Source of the DNA: Camelus dromedarius
Lineage: Eukaryota
Length of the DNA stretch: 64,000 bases
Direction: 5' to 3'
NCBI RefSeq assembly: GCF_036321535.1
Contig: NC_087437.1
Span: forward strand, 119,786,001 to 119,850,000
The notes beneath the pieces are model-generated. The model was not told the DNA's origin, searched no databases, and was given only the letters and a program-made list of their open reading frames with translations. Below, piece by piece: positions 1 through 10,002 of the stretch (position 1 is its first letter; each line of letters opens with the position of its first letter). The translations under genes were made by a program, and so were the position numbers.

Positions 1-134
1 GCCTGGTGGAAGCTGGTGTCCCTCCCTGTGCTCCCCGTGCTCGGTGGTGCCTCGTCCCCATCCTGCGCCGAGCTCGGAACCCCTGAGCCCAAAGCCTCTG
101 GTGCAGACTCTCCCAATGGTTAAGGTTCTGCTCC

Positions 135-223
135 CCTGGGGTCGGGGAGGGGTGGTCCTGGGGTCTGGGAGGGGTGGTCCTGGGGGGGTGATGCGGAAGA
201 GGAGGGCCCTGGGGTCGGGGAGG
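135..223 (+). repeat. 22-bp G-rich tandem repeat (cctggggtcggggaggggtggt), 2 copies plus a displaced partial copy
   Basis: Copies at 135-156 and 157-178, partial copy at 208-223. Confidence 0.75.
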
Positions 224-822
224 TGGGGCACGTCTCATAGTTCATTATAAGAGGCTTTCGGCCAGATCTCCTGTTTCATTCTACTGCCCACCCTCCCCTG
301 CCTCATGCCATGGGCAGCCTGGCCCTGGGCAAGGAGGGCCAGAGCACATCAGTCATGCCCTTTAGATCTCATCCACACAAACAGTGCCTTCCCTCAGGTG
401 CCCTTTGTCTGCGGGTTTTAGTTTTTATTCAGTTATGGTCCATTTTGTGGTGTTCGGGGGCTGTAGAGCTAAGCACATGTGAACAGTCTACTGTGTTTAC
501 TAGGGAGTCCTTCTGTGATTACAAAAAAACACGCAGATGCTTCTCAGATTATAAAAGTAGTATGTGCCCTTTGTAAACACTGCGGACAGCGTTAGCGTGT
601 CGCAAGCAGGAGGGGCCGTGCTGGCCCTGCTCTCGGAGGTGAGACCTCGGTGCATGACTCGGCGTGAATTTTCACACTTCTCACTGCCAGCGGCCTGCCC
701 AGCATGTGCACCACGGCTCATTCCAGTCCCTCGTGGGAAAACAGCCCCACTGCTGCGACAGACATCCCTGAACAGGTGTCTTTGGGTATTTTGAGGAACA
801 TTTGCTTTCTTTTGTTTTTATA

Positions 823-1235
823 GTTTTTTTAAGACATCATTTTGACATAATTTGAGACTCACAAAATGGTTGCAAAAGTAGTACAAAGAATTCCCTCTTG
901 TTTTATCATTCCCCCTTCCTCCCCCTTTCCCTGCCTCTCTCGCACACGCACACACACACACACATATGCTATGAATATTCACATGCATTTATTCCCAAAC
1001 CACGTAAGAGTAAGTTGCAGACATTGTGCCCCTTACCATTAGCTGTGTACTCAGTGTGTGTTCCCTGAAGGCAAGGAAGTCCTGATGTGACCGCAGCACA
1101 GCTGTCAGAAGCAAGAAGTTAACGCTGATACAATATTAGTATCCACAAGCCTCACTCGTATTTTACTAAATATTTTTATAGCATAGGAATATCTAAGACT
1201 GTGCGTTAGATTCAGATTACTTTATAACCATTTTT
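823..1235 (-). mobile_element. Ancient LINE-1 3' UTR fragment (L1MC4/L1MC5-like) with an internal (CA)n
   Basis: Motifs ttttgacataatttgagactcacaaaatggttgcaaaagtagtacaaagaattccc and gagtaagttgcagacattgtgcccctt...ttaacgctgatacaatatta resemble the recalled L1MC 3' consensus in antisense. Confidence 0.7.
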
Positions 1236-1518
1236 AATGGGATTGTTGGAGCAAAAGAGTGAACATTTTAATGTCGACAAGCTTTTAGATCGGCTTCCTA
1301 AAACCTCGTTCCAGTTTTGCCCTCACCAGCACCAAGTGCCAGGCTTTTCACCCCTCGCCAGTCTGGTGGCCGAGAACGCGGGTCTCCCGGTTAGCTTGTT
1401 TCTTGCGTTTTGAGTCAGGCGTGGCGCTCCGCTGTGTGTTTGCGGGCCTGGGTGCCTCGGGCGGCCACGTCCCAGAGCCCTCCTCACCGGGAACCGTGTG
1501 TCATCTGTCTCGCCGCAG

Positions 1519-1616
1519 GGGCGGCCCTGGGCCCGCTGCTGGCCGGGCTCATCTCCCCGTCCGGATGGAGCAACGTGTTCTACATGCTGATGTTCGCAGA
1601 CGCCTGCGCCCTACTG
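1519..1616 (+). CDS. SLC37A1: SLC37A1 (sugar-phosphate/phosphate exchanger, MFS) internal coding exon, third from last
   Basis: Acceptor tctcgccgcAG ends at 1518 and donor GTAAGC starts at 1617. Translates (G)AALGPLLAGLISPSGWSNVFYMLMFADACALL, matching the C-terminal transmembrane region of mammalian SLC37A1 as I recall it. Upstream exons lie outside the window. Confidence 0.96.
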
Positions 1617-3199
1617 GTAAGCAGCTCGCTGGCGGCGCAGGCAGCTCCCGCGGGTGTCTCGTGCCTGCTGCCCCGCCGCTCCCTCCCGCGGACTCCTGCA
1701 GGTCTCAGGGAGTCCGGTCTGTCACACGCCCAGGGACCCTAAATGTTTGCGGTCCAAGGCCCTTTCTCCTTCTGGTCTAAACAGACGTCCGAACCACCCT
1801 GCGGTTCCCAGCAGACTGGTGGCAAGGCCACAAACGGGGGTGCCCTGCCTGGGACCCTGAGCCTGTTGGCTGTCCCGTGCGAGTGCCCCTCTGTTCCACA
1901 GCGTCCACGTGTTAAGTGGGCAGAGTGCTGGCCCCGGTGACGGGATGACTGTGGGAGCTAAAGGGGACAGTGCCCTGAAGCTGACTTCCAAGACAGTGCT
2001 GTTCCTGCCCCCACATCCTCCTGTCCCCAAGCGGCCACACGGGGGGGAGCGGCCTGACTGCCCGTGCCCCAAGGGCCGGGAGAGAGGGGTGGAGCTGAGG
2101 CTGCCCACATGGCACCAGGCCCCTCCATTCCCTGGGTCCTGCTTCCCGTCCCTCCTGCGTGAGACAATGGGAGGTTTCCCTCGGATGGAGAAGACCGGTC
2201 CTGATGGCACAGTCACGCAGCGGCCACTGGAGAGCGGCCACCACAGCCTCACCCTGGCCGATCACCACGCACGGGGCCCCAGACCTGAAGTGAGGCCTCC
2301 TCTCTCTTCCCCGGGAAAACCTAACCTGGATTCCAGGGCAGAGAGTCAAGGATTTGGGAAATAACAGCTCCATCAATTAAATGAAAGTTTTGTATCTAAA
2401 GTCCGGGCAGCCCTACAACGCAGCTCCCCCGACTTCATACAGAATCAAATGCCAACTCCCAGCGTGCGGACCTGTTAGGTTTTGAAAGCGGTTTCCCAGT
2501 TAAGTCCCCGGTCCCCTGCACTACGTAGCGGTGAGGCCTCCATCAGGGTGGCTGCTTAAAGACAGAACCGCTCCTGTTTCAGGAGCAGCAGGTAACACAT
2601 ACATTAACCTTCCTTGTAACGCACAGTCAGACTTGTAAGAAAGGAGGGGTGGCCCCCGGACCCAGGAGCCTGGAGGCAACGTGAAATAGTCCCCACGCTG
2701 CTGCTGGGGCAGCCGGGGAGGGGTCGGCCTCGGGAGCTGCGGGCCTGGGAGCAGGAGACGGGGGCCTGGGCCACAGGAGCAGACCCGCCTCCTCGTCGAG
2801 GCAGGCCCCTGGGGCTCTGCGTGCGCTGGCGCGGAGCCGCTGCACCTGGCGCAGAGGGGAACTGGGGTCTTCGCCCGATCGCCAGACTAGGGGCGGGGGA
2901 CCTCCCCTGCCTACAGTGAGCTTTCACTTCTAACTTACGTTACGTAAATATTACGTGACATGTACCAAAATCGGGTAAAACTGATCCTGGAGTGGTGCTA
3001 TACCTGGTTCTTAGGCAGAAGCAAATCCCAAACCAGTTGAGAGGGACAAACCTCAGCCCAGCTGCACAGGGTCCCACAGCCGACAGCGCCCCCAAGGATG
3101 AGCTCCCAGCCCCAACCCCAGGTCAGGAAAGAGTAGGAAACAGGCTGTGGTGATGGGGTGGCAGACAGAATCCGACCCCCCAGAGCTGCAGGTAAGAGG

Positions 3200-3500
3200 G
3201 TTATCAGATGAGCTGTAAAAATAAACACATCCAGCATAATGGAGATGTCAGAGAAGCGACTGAACTCTTCATGAAAAAAGAACAAGAAGTAAAGAGGACC
3301 GAGCTGGAGAGAGGTGGACATAAGGAAGCGATCCGGAGTGCAGCCCAGAAACAGGAAGACGGGAAACACTAGGCAGCAGGTGGAGAGCGGAGGCCCGGAG
3401 AGGCTGGTGCAGCGCCGTCCGGGGGGGCTCCCGAGCGGGAAGCTGGGGAGACGGGGCCAGAAGCGACAGTAGAAGAGAAGAGAGCCGAGGACGAGAGCCA
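3200..3500 (+). mobile_element. Highly degenerate L1M ORF1-region relic
   Basis: gatccggagtgcagcccagaaacaggaagacgggaaac...gggccagaagcgacagtagaagagaagagagccgagga resembles the L1M ORF1 consensus (atccagaatgcagcacagagagacaaagag...gggcagaagcaatatttgaagagataatggctgagaa). Confidence 0.5.
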
Positions 3501-5413
3501 CGTGGAGGAGGCGGGCGAGTGCGACGGGGCGGGCCCAGCGGGACTGTGGCCCGGCTGGCTCGTGGTCCCAGCAGACCGCGGACCGGCTGCGAAGACCTGG
3601 CTCCAGGTGTTTACAGGACACACGCTGAAATGTCAGAATCAGAAGGGACAAAAGGAAAAGAGTGGAAAACTGTATAACAGGCAGACAGTCACTTGGAGGC
3701 CTTCAGACTGGCTGGGTCAGATGAGAGAGACTGAAGCCAGTCACACCACGAGAGGCGAGGTCACCTGGTCGGCAGGCGGCCCGCCGGAGCCAGGCAGGAC
3801 AAGCCTCCTCAGCCTTGCAGACCAGGCACGCCTTCTCTTCACGGTCGCCTGACCGGTTTCCTCTCCTTCCCAGTCCGAAGCGGACCTCAGTGAAGCCGGC
3901 GGGTCAGGCCTGCGCACCGGGGCGCGTGCCCTCCAGTCCGCAGCCCCCTCCAGCTCACATCAGCACGGGCTGCAGCCCCCACCATGGGGGCACCTGGGCG
4001 GCAGGCCCGCTCCCTGGGGGGCACTGCGCACAGGCAGCCGTTTGTGTCCAAGTCTTAGACCTTGTCCTTCAGAGGTGTCGCTGCTGCTCAGTGTCCCCCA
4101 GGCCCTCAGGGAACACTCGCTCTTTCCTCCCTCTTTTCCCTCTTCCTGGGATCTGCCTCCTGTAACCATGGGCTCTCCCCACGAGCGCTGGTCACTCACT
4201 GCACGTGGTGGAACTTGTTTGAGGGGACACCAGCTCAGCTTGGCCTTGGCAGCTCGGTACGGGCAGCTGGAGCTGGAGGTTCACATCCACGTGGTCAGTT
4301 GATTTAAGCAACGTGACTCTCCCACCAGCACCGCTCACAGCAGCGGACAGGCCCCCACCCGCTCTGCGGCCGTGGCTGCAGGGGCCCCGCGCGCAGCCAG
4401 GCGGTGCCTTCCCCGTGGGAGAAGCGCCCGCTTTCTGGACGGCGTCCGTCACACGAGGGCGACACTCCCCCTGAGCCTCGCGCGTCTGAGGACACGTGTC
4501 TGCCTTGCAGAGCTGAGGCCTGCGCTGTGCGGCCCCTCAAACCTCTGCTCGGCAGCCCCACTGCCTTGGGCCTCTCCTGGCCCCGGTCTCCCTCGGGCCC
4601 GAGGGTACCTGCAGCTTTCTAAGAATCGGGGCCACCAGAGCCAGACCTCCCTCAGGAGCCCCGAGGCTCTGCACGCGGTGGGGGAGCCCTTCTGGGGGCT
4701 GCGGCCGTGCCGGGGGAGGACCAGGTCCACAGCTGCAGTGACACCAGGCGATGCTTCCCCGCTGTCTGCACGCAGCCCCTCAGCATGGGAAGGAGCAGAA
4801 GGGGAGGAGGACTGCTCCCCGACAGGGAGGCAGGGCCACTCTGGGCTTACTCCGAGGCCCTGGGGGTGAGCGGCAGGCCCTGGGCCGGCAGGGGCGCTCT
4901 CCCAGGAGCTTCCCAGTGACACAGAGCTGCTCCCACGACCGCCCTCCAGCCTCCTGGTGCTGATGGCTGGTGAGCGCTCGCCTGGCCTTCGGAGCCACGT
5001 GGCAGCTCCCACGTGTCACCATGACCGTGGGCCACCTTGTCCTTACTCTCTGTCTTTCCCACTTGGACATTTTATGATTGGACTGGTTTCATTTTAAACA
5101 TTACTTGAACACAGAGGTCATTCTGGCTGCAGTCTGTCCTAACGGCCTTGTTTCCGGGAGCACGACCCCGGGGGTGACGCAGGGGACCTAGTGAGCGGGG
5201 CGCTGCTCGGGGACCAGGCCCTGGGGCTGGGCGAGGCTCCCACCGCTCAGCTTTAGGGTTTCAGTGTTTGATGTTCTAAAGAAGAGGCCCCTCTGAGAGG
5301 TATCCCCCCACGACCCGGGAGATCTGCAGACATGGTGAACGTGAGCGCCGAGCCCAGTGGGCATTGCGGGTGTAGGGCAGGCGCTCAGGGCCTCGTCTCT
5401 GTTCTGGGTGCAG

Positions 5414-5478
5414 TTCCTGATCCGCCTCATACACAAGGAGCTGAGCTGCCCAGGGCTGGCGACTGGAGACCAAGTTCC
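5414..5478 (+). CDS. SLC37A1: SLC37A1 penultimate coding exon
   Basis: Acceptor gggtgCAG at 5411-5413 and donor GTAAGT at 5479. Encodes FLIRLIHKELSCPGLATGDQV(P), in frame with the previous exon. Confidence 0.96.
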
Positions 5479-5824
5479 GTAAGTCCTGCCCCTCACCTGC
5501 CTGCCTCCCCGGGGTCCCTGTCCCCGCGTGGCTCCTTCCCCCGTGTTCCTCTCCCACTGAGCCCGGGTTGGCTGTGGTCCCGGCGGTCTCTCCTCAAACT
5601 CTGAGTGAAAAAATGTGAGGGAAGCTGCCTCCTTTGTTCTCCTCAGACAGAGAGTGCCCCCAGCCCAGCCTGGCTCTGCCCCGCCCTGTGTCCCCTCCTC
5701 CCCTCTGTGCCCTGGAGGCTGGGGGGGGGGGGGCGGGAGGTCCCGGGAACCGGCACTCGGTGGGGACCTGCGCCCGCGTGGCCGCGGGCTGAGTGACAGC
5801 CGCCGCCTTGTGCTCTTCCTCCAG

Positions 5825-5840
5825 GTTTAAGGAGCACTGA
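5825..5840 (+). CDS. SLC37A1: SLC37A1 final coding exon, (P)FKEH-stop
   Basis: Pyrimidine tract ctcttcctcCAG ends at 5824, then G TTT AAG GAG CAC TGA. The phase completes the CC|G Pro codon. The human protein ends ...DQVPFKEQ as I recall. Confidence 0.94.
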
Positions 5841-5907
5841 CCACCGAGTCCCATGGAGGGAGGCTGGGCCCGTCCTTCACAAACTGTCTTTCAAGGAAAA
5901 GTTTTCA

Positions 5908-5913
5908 AATAAA
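5908..5913 (+). terminator. Proximal poly(A) signal AATAAA (candidate)
   Basis: Canonical hexamer ~67 nt after the stop, with U-rich sequence (tttacctttgccttttg) ~25-40 nt downstream. Confidence 0.45.
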
Positions 5914-6837
5914 GGATCCTCTGTTGAAAAGAATGATTTACCTTTGCCTTTTGCACACTCACCTGGAAAAGACACAAAAGCCACCTCGGGAGCACTGGTA
6001 CTATTTCAGCCGAGCCGCGGGGCTCAGGGCCGCGGTGAGCAAGGCGGTGAGCAGTGTGGCGCCGCCCCGCAGCCCGACGAGCGGGCCCCTGGCGCCCGGG
6101 CAGCAGCTCTGCCGCGGCCGGTGACACGGCCGGACTGGTGGGCGGCACTCGGGTGAGCCTCGCTCCCCCGGGGGTTTCGGGGTGAATGTCAGAGCGGGGG
6201 GGCGCTGCAGGTGGGGGAGCGCAGGCAGCAAAGAGCCCGCCTCCCCAAGGACCCAGGACACAGACAGCCATCAAAACCCCCATCGCCTCACCTGGAAGAC
6301 GTCCAGCACTTCCTCCTGCCCTGCAGCCACCTGGAAACGGTACGGAGTGAACTGCGGTGAAGCCAGCCAAGCCCGCGGACGGGCTGGAGGATGGAGCGGC
6401 AGCCCCAGACACCCCGAGGTTCCTATCACCAGAACCCCAAGGGCCACGACGCCCCTGGCCCCATGCGGGGTCGCGGGGAGGACACAAGGAGGCCAGCCTG
6501 GGGCTGGGAGTGGCCGGTGCCCAGCCCGGCCCAGCCCGGCCGTCTGCCTCCTCCCAGGCCCCACACAGACCTGGGACTGTCCTTGGCTCCACGGCCCTGG
6601 TGCAGATTGGTTTCTCGAAGTGTGTGCGGTGTTACGGAAGCTTAAGAAACCCAAGTGGCATCTTGCTATTTATTAAGACAAACTCCGATTGTCCTCTGGC
6701 CACTTGTTTTCTCAGTTCTTGTCTCAAAAAACACCTGCTCTTTGAAATGAAATGTTAAAAAAAAAAAAAAAAAAACTCCAGCAGAACGTTGGTTATTTCT
6801 GCTCACGTTTCCATTACATTCAGAAACGAAACTTCCA

Positions 6838-6843
6838 AATAAA
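6838..6843 (+). terminator. Distal poly(A) signal AATAAA of SLC37A1
   Basis: Canonical hexamer with AU-rich upstream sequence, followed by GU/U-rich gtgttcttagtctttctc. Confidence 0.7.
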
Positions 6844-8074
6844 GCCACGTGTTCTTAGTCTTTCTCAGATGGGTGCCCAGGGTGACCACTTCCGGGCGCT
6901 GGCAGGAAACGCGGGGCCAGGCGCTGCCGTCCGGCTGCGGCCGCCGCTCACCGCCGTCCCCGCTCACCGAGGGCACGGCCCTGCTCTCCGGAGGGGGCTG
7001 TTCTGAGCGCAGGTGTCCTTGCAAGGAGGCCTTTTTTATTACAGGAGTGAGTTGCCTACTTGAAAAGTGCCCTGTCGCTGAGGGTGAAATTTCCACCAAC
7101 ACTGAGCGGATTCCATGCAGTTCCTCACGCACGGTTCACCCGGCTGCATCTTCCTCTTCCTCCTGCTCTTTGCATCTTGTGTCTCCTCCTCTGCCGCTGG
7201 CCCTCCGGGCAGTGGGGGTGGGGGGCGTCCTCTCTGTCCTCCCTGCAGCTGCAGCCCCCTTGCTGCCACACGGCCTCTGTCCTTTCAGTGTTAAATAGCA
7301 GGAACAAGGGCGGGATGAGCTATGGAATCACACTGTTCAGTGACGCACGGACTTCTTTTCTAATGAAACCCGGAACCACCACTCCCGCCTCCTCCCTCTG
7401 GGCCGGAGCTGGTAGTCACGATGCCCGGGAAGGCCTTGGGTTGACCCAGTCCATTTTTGCACCTTCCCTGGAGAACAGCCACCTGTCTGTTGTGCTTCAG
7501 CGGCAGGAAGCGTTTAGGAGGTGATGGTGCTTTTCCCAACACAGGGGACTAAAGTGTTAGGAGAAAATCTTCGACAGCCCCCGGAGGAAGGGGGCCAGCA
7601 GCCCTGAGCCTGCTGGGCGGCCGCCGGCCATGCCTGTGAGGTGGGGAGTCGAGCCCTGCAGAAAAGGGGGTGCACACAGGGCTGTTTTTTAGAGCAGTTT
7701 AGCTGAAACATTCTCTGTCCATGAATGGAAGGTTTCATTGTGACTCTTACAGAAAAAGTATATGAGTTCAGTGTAGAAATACATCTTCATTTCATCCTGA
7801 GCAGCGGCTGAGACAGGTTCCTCCTGCAAATAGCCGCTTCAGAGCCCGCGTGCTTGCAGTCACCGGGAATGTGGCTTTGCCCTTCATGAATTTACGTGGC
7901 AGTCAGACCTTCCTATTCAAATCCACGAGAAACGCCCAGGGTGATTGAAACACAAGCCTGTGGCACTGGTGAGAGAGCCAAGGCGGGGCTACAGCCCTTC
8001 ATTCACAAAGGAACGAAAAATCGGTCCTGGAAACTGTCCATTAGAAAGAGCCCCTCCAATCGCCAGCTTGTAAA

Positions 8075-8265
8075 ATCCAATAAAAAATAGATTGCTAGAA
8101 AAAAATGAACTGGAAAAAACATGCAAGCCCTGATTTTTTATTGTTAGATTCAACAGACATAAAACCACTCTGCCAATTGCTGCGGTAGTTTGTGAACGCT
8201 TCCTCCCGTCCCTGCTAATCTTACCGTGAACCATAGCCAGCGACCTGCCAGCCACACCTTGCAAG
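8075..8265. mobile_element. hAT-Charlie-type MER DNA transposon fragment
   Basis: AT-rich ttttattgttagattcaacagacataaaaccactctgccaattgct resembles a recalled hAT MER consensus. Subfamily not determined. Confidence 0.45.
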
Positions 8266-9440
8266 GGAGGGAGCCACGTGGCCATGCGGCTGGGGGCCGG
8301 GCGGTGGGTGTGCAGGGCTACTGCGAGTTGCTCACACAGCGGGTCACGTGGGGTGTCCCCAAGGAGCCTCAGAAGCCTGGCTTCCCGGGGGGGCCCTGGG
8401 TCCTCCCGGCTGGGAAGTGCGGGCGGCCAAATTGCAGCCAGTGCCAACTTGTTCAAAACGTGGGCCCCTTGTTCAAAAATGAGAAAAAAGTTCAAGGTCC
8501 TAGGATATAAAACATTCTCCCCTCTTCCCTGGGAAGGGGCCGTAGGAGGCAGGGTCCCGGGGCAGCCTCGGCTCCAGCCTCCCGAGCCGGCTCCACTGTC
8601 CCCCTCCAACCTCCCTTAGGAACCACAGATGCAGAGAGAGCCACCAGAACTTCAGCACAGCGGCTGCAGAGGCCTCGGTACGTGTCTCCTAAGCACCCTT
8701 TCCTCCTCTTCCCACTGGTTTCACTTATCAGTGACATCCTAATGGCACCAAACAGCTCACAGGCCGGCCAGGACACATTACACGTTTGTAAGTGTGCAAC
8801 ATCCACCAGGCTTTAAAGGGACCGACCTAAGCTAATTATATTTAGTACCTTGAGTCAAAGTAAGCTTACAGCCTAAATCAGGTAACTGACCAAAACATGT
8901 ATTCCTGCCGCGAAGTCGAGGTGCCTGAGGTCTCCGCGTCGGCCGCATTGTTTGCACCAGAAAGCCCGGGTGCTGTAGTGGACGCAGGAGAAGCGGGTGG
9001 CTTGCTCCAAAGGGCGGGGACCACAACATTTACTCCACAGACCTGTCTGACCCCCAAAGCCCGAGAGCTGGTACTGCCTTCTCTCCACTCCACTACCAAG
9101 AACCAGGCCCGGCCCTGGGGAGCCCCTTACTGCCTCGACCACCGACTGCTCCGTGACTGTGACTCCACCCCACGCAGCCGGCATCCAGGGCAAGAGGCAG
9201 AGCATTACCCCCACCCCAGAAAGAGCCCCGGGCCCCCCCTGCTCTTGAGAGTCGACCTTACTCTGACCTTAGCGGCTTCCCTGTACTGTAGCGGGGAGGG
9301 GGGCGTCTTGTCCTGTGCGGGCCGCGCCCCCTGCCCCGGGGCTCTGTGCCAGCTCCGGGATAGCTTCTGCCCCTTTTCCCGCTGGGCTGCCGGTCCTTTT
9401 CTTTCCGATTTGCAGGGTCCTTCTGGACTTCACCCACGCC

Positions 9441-10002
9441 TCTGATGGTTGGTCTTCTGCTTGGCTGGTCCCTGGTGCCCAGCCAGTCACTAATCCTGGT
9501 GCTGCTGGGGGGCCCTTGGTAGACGTGAGGACCATCTCAGTCCGCTGACTTGAAGTAAAGGAGATGCTCTTCCACAACCCAGGAGGGCCGGCTCAATCGG
9601 TCCAGAGGCCCTCGGAGCAAAACCGAGGTTTTCCTGCGGAAGAAGAGATTCTGACTCGGCCCGTGGACGGCAGGGCCGGCTCCCGGCCCAGAGCTTCCAG
9701 CCACCTGCCCTGCAGGTTGCGGACATGCCGGCTGAGACGAATGCATAACCAACTCCTTGGAATAAACCTCTTTATGTAAATAAGGATCTTTATGTGTGGG
9801 TCTGTGTGTGTCTGCATGTCTGTGTGTAGACGTGTCTGTGTGTGTATGTGTGTGTGTCTGTGTGTATGTGTGTGTGTGGTATATGTGTGTCTGCAGGTGT
9901 GTGTGTCTGCGTGCGTGGGTGTGTCTGTGTGTGTGCGTGCCTGCGTGTGCGGGTGCGGTCCCCTGCTGGTTCTCTTTCCCTGTCAGAACCCTGGCTTGTA
10001 CA
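9441..10002 (+). mobile_element. MLT2-type ERVL solo LTR
   Basis: Starts tctgatggtt and ends gaaccctggcttgtaca (consensus gaaccctgactaataca). Internal agtaaaggagatgctcttccacaa, aaaaccgaggttttcctgcggaagaagagattctg and ccaactccttggaataaacctcttt (LTR poly(A) region) all fit MLT2. Confidence 0.75.
9793..9956 (+). repeat. Compound (TG)n microsatellite inside the MLT2 LTR
   Basis: Directly visible imperfect TG/TGTC/TGCG tract of ~160 bp. Confidence 0.95.

Larger units (their letters stand above)
5841..6865 (+). other. SLC37A1: SLC37A1 3' UTR (long form, end approximate)
   Basis: Runs from the stop codon to just past the AATAAA at 6838-6843. Contains an A19 run (6757-6775) and a CpG-rich segment (~6010-6200). 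Confidence 0.7.

Noticed and set aside
1410..1742. 110-aa ORF as a stand-alone gene
   Set aside because: Only 1519-1616 is the SLC37A1 exon, and the flanks are intronic.
6757..6775. A19 run as a retrocopy or SINE tail
   Set aside because: No recognisable retroposed body or target-site duplication around it.
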